A DNA stretch of 64,000 nt from an uncultured Candidatus Saccharibacteria bacterium. Its GTDB lineage: Bacteria > Patescibacteriota > Minisyncoccia > Phycocordibacterales > CSBR16-119. The position numbers and the translations under genes were made by a program. Shown here in pieces: positions 9,971 to 18,772 of the stretch; the stretch's first letter is position 1, and each line of letters begins with the position of its first letter. The stretch spans positions 6,411-70,410 of the forward strand of contig CAZBAG010000002.1 of assembly GCA_964490365.1 (NCBI GenBank), given 5' to 3'. The notes below the pieces were generated by a model, which saw nothing but the letters and a program-made list of their open reading frames with translations, had not been told where the DNA came from and did not search any database.

Positions 9971-12235
9971 TTAGAACTCTTCGTAACCTGGAATATTTGA
10001 GCCCGGTGGAGGTGAACATGGAGGAATCATTGTCGGTGGACAAGCCATGCCATCTACGAGAACAGTAACCTGACTACTGTCTGAAGCTCCGTCATCATTT
10101 GTACATGTAAGAATAAATGTTGAGTTTGCATACGATGCTGAGCTAGGAGTCATATCCATTGTTCTTGATCCTGAACTTGGAGCAAACGAGTAACTATCCC
10201 AACTATTATTTGAATCTTGGAATGAACCAGTTGTGACAACAGATGAGCCTGTACATGACGTCGCATTCTGAACAGACCATCCAAGATTGACGATACCACC
10301 AGTATCCGGAAGAATTTCATAATACGGACCATATCCATTATCAGGAGTAAGAATTCTTAGATCAACAATTGGAAGTGGAGATGGTGGAACTACTGCACTA
10401 TCCATAATAATCGTATCCTCATCTGTTAAGGTTGTTCCGCTTGTTGTCTGACAACGTATCATGAACCTGAAGATTGTTCCATCTGGCGCACTGTTTGCAA
10501 AACTTGCTACGTTAATGCTTGCGATTGATTGATTTGGATTAGCTCTTGAACCAGACCAACCAGTAAGTGTTTGCAGTGTACTGTTTACCCGGAATGTTCC
10601 TACGCATGAATTTGGCTGTATGAGAGATGGATTGCTTGAAGACCAAGTAATAGCTTCTGTACCATAGTCACTACTTCCAACAATAAACACATCTTCTTCT
10701 ACTTCAAGATTAAGGGTTGGCGTTTCTGGCGGTGTCATATCTTGGAAAACAACTTCTGCTCCATTACCAAATGGATTACCCTCAATATCAAGACATTCTA
10801 TTCTAAACGCAAAGATATCTCCTGCAACCACCGTTCCTGAAGATGCAAATGAGCCAACATTATGAGTTCCAGAGTGAGGTCCAACCCAATAACCATTGTT
10901 TGCAGTAGGTGTTGCTAAGTCAGCATTTGTCCAACCAAGAAGGGATTGTTCATTTCCATTATCATCGAAGAATTTTCCTGTACAAGAATCAACGCGTGAC
11001 GGACTGGTAAATGTCCATCGTGGACTTAGTTGGTAATCAAAAGGTGTAGAGCTACCGACCGGTAAGAAATTTGGTGGGAAGTTCGTAACAAGAGTAAGGC
11101 TTACTGATGGTGTGTCGGTGTCATACGTACAATCATCTGGCATTGTAGCTAATGGATTATAGTTTGTAGCAATTGGATCCATACAACCTTTGATTGCTTC
11201 AACAACGGTTACAGTAGCTATCTTTTGAGGTAATGTGCCTCCATCTGAAGTCTGACAATTTAATGTATATGTAGTTGTTTGAGTCAATCCACCGATCGGA
11301 TGACTTCCATTTGGAAGGTTACCTGCCCCAGTGCTTATCGTCCCAACATTTGTACTATCTCCACCAGTTGATTGCCAGTGTGAATAGCCATTTGTATTGT
11401 TGTATGTCGTACATGAGACAACTGATTTTTGAAGACTATTTACGGCTTCCCAACGAAGCGTGGTACCTTGACCCTCAGGAACAACAGTGTCTTCTGCCCA
11501 GAAATTAATATTTGCAGTTCCCGGTATTGAAACCGAAGTATCGCAGTAACGACACTCTGGGTTTTTAAAGCTAATCCAACCGACAACATCACTACCCCAC
11601 GCCCAACCTGCGAGATCACCCGTTGCGAGATCGAGTGTAACCCCATATGGTTCTCCTCCATTAAAATTTACACAGCCATCCCAGCCGTCATTAGGATCAT
11701 CATCGCCAGCAATAAATTTTGCCCAACCGGCAACCTTTCTTGTATTTCCATAGCTTGGATCTGTAATATCTAGATTGGTAACCCTTGCAACATTATTTGA
11801 TGCGGTTGTAGAGGGATTATTTTGCCAACAACTTCTTACGATCGTAGGGTCAAATGAAAGCCATCCGTAGTTATTACTCCATGCTTCACCAGTCAGCAGA
11901 CCCTGGCTTCTTCCAGAATCAAGATTAATTTTTACCCCCCAAGGACGTGATAACCGACCCGAATCTTCACAATATTCGGGTTCACAATTAAATTTAAGCC
12001 AACCACCACCACCTTCACTTTGTTCTGGATTTTCAATACCTGTTCCCATCCATGCAAAACCATAAATGTTTGCGGTGCCTCGCATTGGTGCAGGTCGTAT
12101 TGGTCGTCCTGGTCCGATTGGATTGATAACCTGGGCAAATACGGTTGAAGAAATACCTAAGATAACTCCTACCACTGCAAAAATAGCGAGTTGTTTGGAG
12201 TATTTTTTAAAGAAATTTCTAAAAGAAAAGATCAT
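9971..12235 (-). CDS. Large secreted hypothetical protein (754 aa)
   Basis: N-terminal signal or anchor (LAIFAVVGVILGISSTVFAQ). Cys/Pro-rich C-terminus (CPPTMIPPCSPPPGSNIPGYEEF) and Trp/Gly-rich beta-like repeats. Confidence 0.55.
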   Translation of the reverse strand: MIFSFRNFFKKYSKQLAIFAVVGVILGISSTVFAQVINPIGPGRPIRPAPMRGTANIYGFAWMGTGIENPEQSEGGGGWLKFNCEPEYCEDSGRLSRPWGVKINLDSGRSQGLLTGEAWSNNYGWLSFDPTIVRSCWQNNPSTTASNNVARVTNLDITDPSYGNTRKVAGWAKFIAGDDDPNDGWDGCVNFNGGEPYGVTLDLATGDLAGWAWGSDVVGWISFKNPECRYCDTSVSIPGTANINFWAEDTVVPEGQGTTLRWEAVNSLQKSVVSCTTYNNTNGYSHWQSTGGDSTNVGTISTGAGNLPNGSHPIGGLTQTTTYTLNCQTSDGGTLPQKIATVTVVEAIKGCMDPIATNYNPLATMPDDCTYDTDTPSVSLTLVTNFPPNFLPVGSSTPFDYQLSPRWTFTSPSRVDSCTGKFFDDNGNEQSLLGWTNADLATPTANNGYWVGPHSGTHNVGSFASSGTVVAGDIFAFRIECLDIEGNPFGNGAEVVFQDMTPPETPTLNLEVEEDVFIVGSSDYGTEAITWSSSNPSLIQPNSCVGTFRVNSTLQTLTGWSGSRANPNQSIASINVASFANSAPDGTIFRFMIRCQTTSGTTLTDEDTIIMDSAVVPPSPLPIVDLRILTPDNGYGPYYEILPDTGGIVNLGWSVQNATSCTGSSVVTTGSFQDSNNSWDSYSFAPSSGSRTMDMTPSSASYANSTFILTCTNDDGASDSSQVTVLVDGMACPPTMIPPCSPPPGSNIPGYEEF

Positions 12236-12239
12236 ACAA

Positions 12240-12551
12240 CTAGTATTTTCTCTTTAAGTCCTCTGTAATTTGAGCTTTTTGTTCTGCTGTAAAAGTAGTT
12301 TCTGTACTATTATTTTTTTTAATATTTTCAACAGCTCTATCTTTTTGTTCTTGAGTTAGTGCCGGCTCATTTGCCATTGATTGACGTAGTTGATTCTTTA
12401 TTTGTTCTTTTTCCGCCGCAGAATACCTTTCATTTGAAGGAATTATCTGGATATTAGGATTTTTCTTAATAAGGAGAGCAATTACAACAACAATGATGAC
12501 ACCGAGAAGAATAATGATAATTTTTTTACTACTATGTTTTTGATTATCCAT
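12240..12551 (-). CDS. Small membrane-anchored protein (103 aa)
   Basis: Single N-terminal TM helix (IIIILLGVIIVVVIALLI) followed by a charged soluble tail. Confidence 0.45.
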   Translation of the reverse strand: MDNQKHSSKKIIIILLGVIIVVVIALLIKKNPNIQIIPSNERYSAAEKEQIKNQLRQSMANEPALTQEQKDRAVENIKKNNSTETTFTAEQKAQITEDLKRKY

Positions 12552-12649
12552 AAAAATGATTTAGAAATTATTAACTATTACTTATCAACATCATAACACC
12601 ACACATATAAGAAAAGAAAAGTTTTACACAAGATATGTGGATATCGATG

Positions 12650-12958
12650 TTAGTTTTTTTCTTCTGGTGCCTTAAGTGCTTCATATGCTTCTGCATACAT
12701 TTCCTCTTCGGTTAGTTGTGGAACTTCGCCTGGACTTTTCAATGCTTCATATGCTTGGGCGTGAAGTTCTGCTTCTGTATAAGTTGGGATTTCACCTGGA
12801 CTTTTCAATGCTTCATATGCTTGGGCGTGAAGTTCTCGCATCTCTTTTCTTTTACCCAAATATTTCACAAACACAATAAGGAATATAACAACTAATGCGA
12901 TGATGAGAATCGTCATTGTTTTTTTATCTCGGGCAGAGAGTGCTACGTTTGACTTCAT
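12650..12958 (-). CDS. Small membrane-anchored protein with internal tandem duplication (102 aa)
   Basis: N-terminal TM helix. A ~22-aa unit (ELHAQAYEALKSPGE.P..TE) is repeated twice, visible as a ~66-bp tandem DNA repeat at about 12700-12860. Confidence 0.45.
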   Translation of the reverse strand: MKSNVALSARDKKTMTILIIALVVIFLIVFVKYLGKRKEMRELHAQAYEALKSPGEIPTYTEAELHAQAYEALKSPGEVPQLTEEEMYAEAYEALKAPEEKN

Positions 12959-13150
12959 AATAGATATATTTATTATTAATTATTTTACGAGATAATTATA
13001 CCACCTCCCTTTTTAAAAATTTCTATATTTCAACACCATTTGTGGATAATTTGACCAAGGAAAAAAAATAGTTTATGATGTGTAGGTAAATCGTCCTGCT
13101 CGTGCCGGACTTTTTTTAATGAAATAACCATTACAATTAAATATAAATAT

Positions 13151-14335
13151 ATGTTAGATCTAAAAGCGTTAAAGTCAGCACTGTTACAGCTCGAAGAAGA
13201 AAAGAAAATTCCGAAAGATAAGATTATTGATGCCATTGAGCAATCATTAGCTGCTGCCTACAAAAAAGATTACGGAAAGAAGGGCCAAATCATTCGAGTA
13301 AAGCTCGATCTTGATTCTGGTGCAACAGAATTTTACCAAGTAAAAATCGTTGTTGATGAATCAACCGTACGATTTCTCGAAGAAAACGAGAATATTGAAG
13401 ATTTCCTTGAAGAAAACACCGACAATCTTGAAGAAAATGTAAAACCAGTATTCAACCCAGAAAAACACATTCTTCTTGCTGATGCAAAAATGATGAAGAA
13501 TGATGCAAAACTTGATGAAGAAATCATTTTCCCTCTTGAAATGAAAGATGATTTCGGACGTGTTGCTGCACAAACAGCAAAACAAGTTATTATCCAACGT
13601 ATTCGTGAAGCAGAACGCGGAGCGGTCATGGAAGAATACGGAGACCAAGAAGGTGAAATTATTAATGGTATCGTTCAAAAAGTAGAACGAGGTATTGTGT
13701 TTGTTGACTTTAACAAAGCAACAGGAATTATTCCTCGAGAAGAGCAAATATTTGGTGAACGATTCATGACAGGGCAACGAATAAAAGCATATCTAACAAA
13801 AGTTGAAGAAGGTCACCGAGGTATTAACCTTTTCCTTTCACGAACACATCCAAAATTTATTGAAAAACTTTTTGCTGTTGAAGCACCAGAAATCGCTAAC
13901 GGTGTTGTTGAAATTCGAAGTATTGCACGAGAAGCTGGTGCACGATCAAAAATTGCAGTGCTCTCTCATGACAACAATGTAGATCCAATTGGAGCATGTG
14001 TCGGTCAACGAGGAGTACGTGTAACAACCGTTATGAATGAGCTTGGTGGAGAAAAAATCGACATTATTCCATGGAGTGAAAACCCAGAAGAGTTCGTAGC
14101 ATCAGCAATATCTCCTGCAAAAATCCTTTCGATTAAACTTGTAGAACGAAAAAATGAAAAAGGAGAAGATGAAAAGGTTGCAGAAATCGAAGTAGCGAAC
14201 GACCAGCTTTCACTTGCTATCGGCAAAGGAGGACAAAATGTACGATTGGCTGCAAAACTCACCGGATGGAAAATCGACATTAAAGGATCTGACGCCCCTG
14301 AACCAACTGTAGAGTCAGATGAAGAAGTTGCATAA
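13151..14335 (+). CDS. nusA: Transcription termination/antitermination factor NusA
   Basis: NusA N-terminal domain, an S1-like segment (GEIINGIVQKVERGIVFVDF) and KH regions (GACVGQRGVRV, LAIGKGGQNVRLAAKLTGWKIDI). A DnaA-box-like tgtggataa lies at 13041-13049 upstream. Confidence 0.9.
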   Translation: MLDLKALKSALLQLEEEKKIPKDKIIDAIEQSLAAAYKKDYGKKGQIIRVKLDLDSGATEFYQVKIVVDESTVRFLEENENIEDFLEENTDNLEENVKPVFNPEKHILLADAKMMKNDAKLDEEIIFPLEMKDDFGRVAAQTAKQVIIQRIREAERGAVMEEYGDQEGEIINGIVQKVERGIVFVDFNKATGIIPREEQIFGERFMTGQRIKAYLTKVEEGHRGINLFLSRTHPKFIEKLFAVEAPEIANGVVEIRSIAREAGARSKIAVLSHDNNVDPIGACVGQRGVRVTTVMNELGGEKIDIIPWSENPEEFVASAISPAKILSIKLVERKNEKGEDEKVAEIEVANDQLSLAIGKGGQNVRLAAKLTGWKIDIKGSDAPEPTVESDEEVA

Positions 14336-14365
14336 ATTTAATTACACATTAATTACAAAAAATAT

Positions 14366-14905
14366 ATGAATCTTTGGCACGAAGTATCAAAAGGTGAAAA
14401 CATTCCAAACGAAATAAATGTTATTATCGAAATTCCTAAAAACTCACCAAACAAATACGAGATTGATAAGGAAACAGGATTGATCAGTCTTGATCGAGCA
14501 AACTACAGTTCAGCGCCCTACCCTTTTGATTACGGATTTGTACCGCAAACTCTTTGGGAAGATGGTGACCCGCTTGATGTGGTAGTGCTCACTACGTTTC
14601 CTCTCCACCCTGGTATCTTAGTAAAGTCACGACCAGTCGCTGTTATGGAAATGATTGACGACGGCGAATCTGACTACAAGATCATCGCGGTTCCTGTTGA
14701 TGACAAACGATGGGACGACACACATGACCTACAAGACTTGAACAAACACATGATAAAAGAATTTGTTCACTTCTTTGAAACATATAAAGAGCTCAAGAAA
14801 GGACAAAAAGATGTAGTAAAAATTCCAAAAATATCTGGCAAACAAGAAGCGCTGGATGCAGTACTAAAATCAATCGAAATCTACAATCAAAAATTTGGAA
14901 AATAA
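14366..14905 (+). CDS. ppa: Inorganic pyrophosphatase (family I)
   Basis: Conserved DPLDVVVL and DDGESDYKIIAVPVDD metal-binding motifs of soluble PPase. Confidence 0.9.
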   Translation: MNLWHEVSKGENIPNEINVIIEIPKNSPNKYEIDKETGLISLDRANYSSAPYPFDYGFVPQTLWEDGDPLDVVVLTTFPLHPGILVKSRPVAVMEMIDDGESDYKIIAVPVDDKRWDDTHDLQDLNKHMIKEFVHFFETYKELKKGQKDVVKIPKISGKQEALDAVLKSIEIYNQKFGK

Positions 14906-14910
14906 TAAAA

Positions 14911-14940
14911 ATCTGGCACAAGTTGTGCCAGATTTTTATT
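14911..14940 (+). terminator. Rho-independent terminator (atctggcacaa-gtt-gtgccagat with T tract)
   Basis: 10-bp stem followed by ttttatttc directly after the ppa stop. Confidence 0.65.
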
Positions 14941-15002
14941 TCTTTACCTCACTACCCATAAGGTATACAATATACGTATTATCAGATTAGTTAATATATA
15001 TC

Positions 15003-15647
15003 ATGAAATCATATACATATATCACCATATTTATAGTATTAGCGGCACTTTTCCCGGCAACAGGAAAAGCGATGATTGAATTAGAATCTGAAGCAAAAGT
15101 TAACGTTGAGGCGAAGCAAGAAGGTGGCATACATTTACGAAAACTAGATCTTCAAAAGAGACTTTTCCAAGAACGAGTAGAAGATCATCGAGCTGATTTT
15201 CATAAGGCTCGAGAAGCATATAAAAATGCAGGACCAGAGACACGAAACATGATGAGAGCTGACTTTCGACAAAAGTTTATCAATCGTTTTGATTTCGCGT
15301 ACAAAAAACTAGGTGACTTCCAAGCCCGAATGGACGCTCGAATTACAAAAGAAGCGGGTACCGATGTTGATACGTCAAAAGCAAAGATGAAGTTAGATGA
15401 ATCAATTTCTGTGATGGCATCAATCCAAGCTGATATTGCAAGCTTAAAAGATTTGCTCAGCGAGCGATACACCGATGAAGAACGAGAAGCAAAGAAGGAA
15501 GAAGTAAAGAAACTTGTTGAAGAGTTAAAAGCAGATATTAAGTTCTCTCATAACACCCTTAAAGAATCATTTAAAGAACTTAGAGCGGCAATGGAAGCAA
15601 AGATGAATGTCGAAGCATCTATTAATACTAACGCATCTGTAAACTAG
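15003..15647 (+). CDS. Secreted coiled-coil hypothetical protein (214 aa)
   Basis: Signal peptide (ITIFIVLAALFPATGKA). The remainder is Lys/Glu-rich and predicted helical. Confidence 0.45.
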   Translation: MKSYTYITIFIVLAALFPATGKAMIELESEAKVNVEAKQEGGIHLRKLDLQKRLFQERVEDHRADFHKAREAYKNAGPETRNMMRADFRQKFINRFDFAYKKLGDFQARMDARITKEAGTDVDTSKAKMKLDESISVMASIQADIASLKDLLSERYTDEEREAKKEEVKKLVEELKADIKFSHNTLKESFKELRAAMEAKMNVEASINTNASVN

Positions 15648-15658
15648 TAACCTTACCT

Positions 15659-15907
15659 ATGGAACCAGAAAAAAAGAGCGGAGTATTTGGTATCATTTTA
15701 GCAGTCATCATTCTCTTGGGTCTTGTTGTCTACTATCTTTCAAACAAAAAAAGTATGGAGGAAGTACCAGAAACAACGATAAGCCAAACAGATGAACGTC
15801 AGTCTATAGAATCAAATACCCTTGAAACAGATGCCTCACTTGAAACTGAAGTAGAAAACCTAGACACCAACTTCGACGACATGAACTCAGAAGATCTGGA
15901 TATGTAA
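15659..15907 (+). CDS. Small single-TM protein with acidic C-terminal tail (82 aa)
   Basis: TM helix (VFGIILAVIILLGLVVYYL) followed by an Asp/Glu/Thr-rich tail. Confidence 0.4.
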   Translation: MEPEKKSGVFGIILAVIILLGLVVYYLSNKKSMEEVPETTISQTDERQSIESNTLETDASLETEVENLDTNFDDMNSEDLDM

Positions 15908-15919
15908 TACATACTAAAA

Positions 15920-15944
15920 CTCGCCGGTTATGCCGGCGAGTTTT
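15920..15944. terminator. Terminator hairpin (ctcgccgg-ttatg-ccggcgag with T tract)
   Basis: 8-bp GC stem flanked by aaaa and tttt. Confidence 0.6.
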
Positions 15945-15967
15945 AGTATGTGTAAAAAGTAGACAAA

Positions 15968-17053
15968 ATGAGTCATATCAGTAATATAATGATTATGAAA
16001 ATACATAATCTAGAAATAACAAAGAAAGAGGGGTCGATTGTTGAGATCAAAGGAGAAGTAGAAAGTTCTGACTTTGAACTATCTCGAGAAGGAGCTATAG
16101 CAAAACTATCTGAACACATCGAACTTGATGGATTTCGAAAAGGCAAAGCCCCAAAAGATATGGTGGTGAAGAAACTTGGCGACCACATTATCTTAGAAGA
16201 AATGGCACAAATTACTTTAGGAAAAGTGTATCCTCAAATCATTACTGAACAAAAAATCGACGCAATCGGCTATCCTCAAATACAAATTACAAAATTAGCA
16301 AATGGAAACCCTCTTGGCTTTACTATTCAAACTGCTGTTATTCCTGAAATCAAACTACCTGACTACAAAACTCTTTCAAAGAAAATTCTAGAAACAGAAG
16401 AAAAAGCCGAAGTAAAGGATGAAGAGTACGAAGGCTTTATCAAACAAATCAAACGTGCAAAAGCTCACGATGATTTTCACAAGGCAAACCCTGATGTGAA
16501 AGGTCACGATCACGCAGAAATTAAAGATGAGGATTTGCCAGAGTTAGATTTGGAATACCTAAAAACTCTTGGAAACTTTTCTGATATGCAGGATTTTGAA
16601 ACAAAAGTGCGTGCAGATATTTTAAAAGATAAAGAATTCAGAGCAAAAGAAAAAAATCGACTTGCACTCATTGAAAGTATTGAAAAAGAAACAACGATTG
16701 AAGTACCTGAAATACTCATTCAATCAGAAATAGAAAAGATTATCGCCAGAATGAAAAGTGATGTTGAACACATGGGACTCAAGTACGAAGACTATCTAAC
16801 AAGTCTTGGAAAATCTGAACAAGATATGCGAAAAGATTTCAGAGCTGACGCTGAGAAACGAGCAAAAATTCAGATGATCGTCGGTGAGATAGCAGTTAAA
16901 GAAGGATTAAAGCCTAATGAAGAAAAAATCAGAGAAGAAACAAAGAAAGTTATGGATGCCTACAAAGACGCTGATGAACGCAACGTGAGAATGTATATCG
17001 AAAGCGTTCTGGTAAATGAAGAAGTGTTTCAATTTTTAGAAAATCAAAAATAA
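15968..17053 (+). CDS. tig: Trigger factor, short form apparently lacking the PPIase domain
   Basis: N-terminal ribosome-binding signature GFRKGKAPK plus TF N- and C-domain-like sequence. At 361 aa (or fewer if it starts at MKIHN), no FKBP-like PPIase segment is recognisable. Confidence 0.8.
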   Translation: MSHISNIMIMKIHNLEITKKEGSIVEIKGEVESSDFELSREGAIAKLSEHIELDGFRKGKAPKDMVVKKLGDHIILEEMAQITLGKVYPQIITEQKIDAIGYPQIQITKLANGNPLGFTIQTAVIPEIKLPDYKTLSKKILETEEKAEVKDEEYEGFIKQIKRAKAHDDFHKANPDVKGHDHAEIKDEDLPELDLEYLKTLGNFSDMQDFETKVRADILKDKEFRAKEKNRLALIESIEKETTIEVPEILIQSEIEKIIARMKSDVEHMGLKYEDYLTSLGKSEQDMRKDFRADAEKRAKIQMIVGEIAVKEGLKPNEEKIREETKKVMDAYKDADERNVRMYIESVLVNEEVFQFLENQK

Positions 17054-17064
17054 AACCATATAAA

Positions 17065-17084
17065 ATCCCTTCGGGGGTTTTTTG
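17065..17084 (+). terminator. tig terminator (atccc-ttcg-ggggt followed by tttttg)
   Basis: Short GC stem with a UUCG tetraloop and a T tract 12 nt after the tig stop. Confidence 0.5.
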
Positions 17085-17090
17085 TTTACC

Positions 17091-17288
17091 CTTACTTTTT
17101 TCATGACAAAAAAGTAACAAAAACTCTAGACCCACACTTCACACCTAAAACTAATAGATGTTAAGCCAACAAAACTTCAAACTCAGAACGTCTATACGTT
17201 CCTCAAACAGTGAAGTTTTGTAGAGCAACATACTATTAGTTTCTTAACGGTGTTCTCGTGTAGGGTCGGAGGATCTTAATTAAAAAAA
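17091..17288 (+). repeat. Copy A of a ~190-bp conserved element (candidate structured RNA leader or insertion-associated element)
   Basis: The first ~95 nt (cttacttttttcatgacaaaaaagtaa...gacccacacttcacacctaaaa) and last ~35 nt (acggtgttctcgtgtagggtcggaggatcttaatt) are near-identical to the reverse complement of 50556-50750. The middle differs but keeps a hairpin. Details are in the findings. Confidence 0.55.
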
Positions 17289-17315
17289 ATAGAAGAGCAA
17301 TATATAAAAAGAAAA

Positions 17316-17345
17316 AGGGCGTCTCGATGTCGAGACGCCCCGTTC
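17316..17345 (-). terminator. Rho-independent terminator of the GC-rich islet gene (gggcgtctcga-tg-tcgagacgccc, T tract in minus sense)
   Basis: Perfect 11-bp GC-rich inverted repeat. In minus sense it is followed by ctttttctttttatat. Confidence 0.6.
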
Positions 17346-17485
17346 TGTACACAACTCCACGTAGGGGGAGAATATGCAAAGAACACCCTATTCTTTGTGG
17401 CTTGTCGCCACGAACCTGGACTTACAGTCCATCTCGTGCACGACGCACTTTTGCGATCACGTACGCGCCACTCGGCACGCGATCA

Positions 17486-17998
17486 TCAGCATCGCAAGGG
17501 CACCGCCATCCAGGCAGGACGCCTCATCACCGACGCCTCAAGGCGCGGGTGCAGGGCTGCCATACTGGCAAGGCCGGTCGCATGTTCTTTGAGGTTATCG
17601 CTGATGTTCACTCGCATATTGCTGGCGCACGATCGTCGATCGCACCAGGCCCGCGGATGTTCACCATCGTACTTGCCCACGTTCACCAACTTGCTGCTTT
17701 CACTGCCGAAGAAGACCTTCTTGTTCAAGATATAATGCGTCGTCGCGACCGAATGGTCGGATCGATGCAACACGGTCTCCTGGCCGCTGGCTTGCACCGC
17801 TGTGCTGAAATAGTTGTTGGTGATGCTGACCTGGAAAACCCCTTGCTCGGGCATGATCAGGTTGGCCGATGCGCTGTTGTGGTCGTTTACTTCGATGTTG
17901 TCCACCTTCGGACCCGTGTCGGGTGCCGCGAAGGCGGGTTGGGGGCTGAACACCAAACAGGCGCCCAGCACCATGGTAAGGTGCAAGATCTTCTTCAT
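17486..17998 (-). CDS. Secreted hypothetical protein encoded on a ~57% GC islet (possibly 3'-degenerate)
   Basis: Signal peptide MKKILHLTMVLGACLVFSPQPAFAAPD and a plausible beta-rich mature region. The last ~60 aa are Arg/Ala-rich and may be frameshifted junk. The overlapping + ORF 17327..18034 is antisense noise. GC is far above the flanks. Confidence 0.4.
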   Translation of the reverse strand: MKKILHLTMVLGACLVFSPQPAFAAPDTGPKVDNIEVNDHNSASANLIMPEQGVFQVSITNNYFSTAVQASGQETVLHRSDHSVATTHYILNKKVFFGSESSKLVNVGKYDGEHPRAWCDRRSCASNMRVNISDNLKEHATGLASMAALHPRLEASVMRRPAWMAVPLRC

Positions 17999-18074
17999 GT
18001 GTATGGAAAAGATTGGTTTTGTCGGATTGTGTGAGCCCGACGTTCAAGTGCAAGTATAGCATATCTAAAAAACT

Positions 18075-18103
18075 TGTCAAGTCTTTTATTTCATGGTATA
18101 GTC
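18075..18103 (+). promoter_or_regulatory. Sigma70-like promoter for clpP (-35 TTGTCA, 17-bp spacer, -10 TATAGT)
   Basis: ttgtcaagtcttttatttcatggtatagt lies about 40 nt upstream of the clpP ATG. Confidence 0.5.
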
Positions 18104-18144
18104 AAAGACACAAATAAGCATTATTTATCAATATATTTTATAGT

Positions 18145-18735
18145 ATGTTAATCCCAACAGTAATCGAAAAAACACATAACGGTGAACGAGCGTATGACAT
18201 CTACTCTCGCCTACTAAAAGAGCGGATTGTCTTTCTTGGCACAGGAGTTGAAGAAAATTCATCAAGTAACATTATTGCCCAACTTCTTTTCCTTGAATCT
18301 GAAGATCCTAAAAAAGATATTTATCTGTATGTAAACTCTCCGGGAGGAAACGTAAAAGATGGCCTTGCTATTATCGACACCATGAACCATATCAAACCAG
18401 ATGTTGCGACAGTATGTGTTGGTATGGCAGCTTCAATGGGAGCAGTCATCCTTTCTGCAGGAGCAAAAGGAAAACGATTTATCCTACCAAATGCAGAGGT
18501 GATGATTCACCAACCACTTGGTGGTGTAGAAGGACAAGCTTCTGATATTGCTATTACGGCAGACAGAATTATTAAGACAAAAGCGAAATTGAATAAGATC
18601 CTCGCAGAAAATACTGGACAAAAACTTGAAAAGGTTGAAAAAGATGGCGACCGAGATTACTGGATGGACGCAAAGGATGCATTAAAGTACGGCATCGTTG
18701 ATAAAGTGATGGAAAAACCAAAAACAAAGAAATAG
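18145..18735 (+). CDS. clpP: ATP-dependent Clp protease proteolytic subunit
   Basis: Strong ClpP signature (VNSPGG...[19 protein letters not shown]...MIHQPLGG). The catalytic Ser and His context is present. Confidence 0.92.
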   Translation: MLIPTVIEKTHNGERAYDIYSRLLKERIVFLGTGVEENSSSNIIAQLLFLESEDPKKDIYLYVNSPGGNVKDGLAIIDTMNHIKPDVATVCVGMAASMGAVILSAGAKGKRFILPNAEVMIHQPLGGVEGQASDIAITADRIIKTKAKLNKILAENTGQKLEKVEKDGDRDYWMDAKDALKYGIVDKVMEKPKTKK

Positions 18736-18744
18736 AAAATAAAA

Positions 18745-18772
18745 ATCCGATGCCAGGGCATCGGATTTTTAT
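18745..18772. terminator. Bidirectional terminator (atccgatgcc-agg-gcatcggat with T tract)
   Basis: 10-bp stem between convergent clpP (+) and 18773..20359 (-). Confidence 0.65.

Noticed and set aside
17327-18034. 235-aa plus-strand ORF (and several other overlapping ORFs) in the GC-rich islet
   Set aside because: The Arg/His/Ala/Pro-rich composition is typical of spurious frames in GC-rich DNA. The minus-strand ORF has a signal peptide and a matching downstream terminator.
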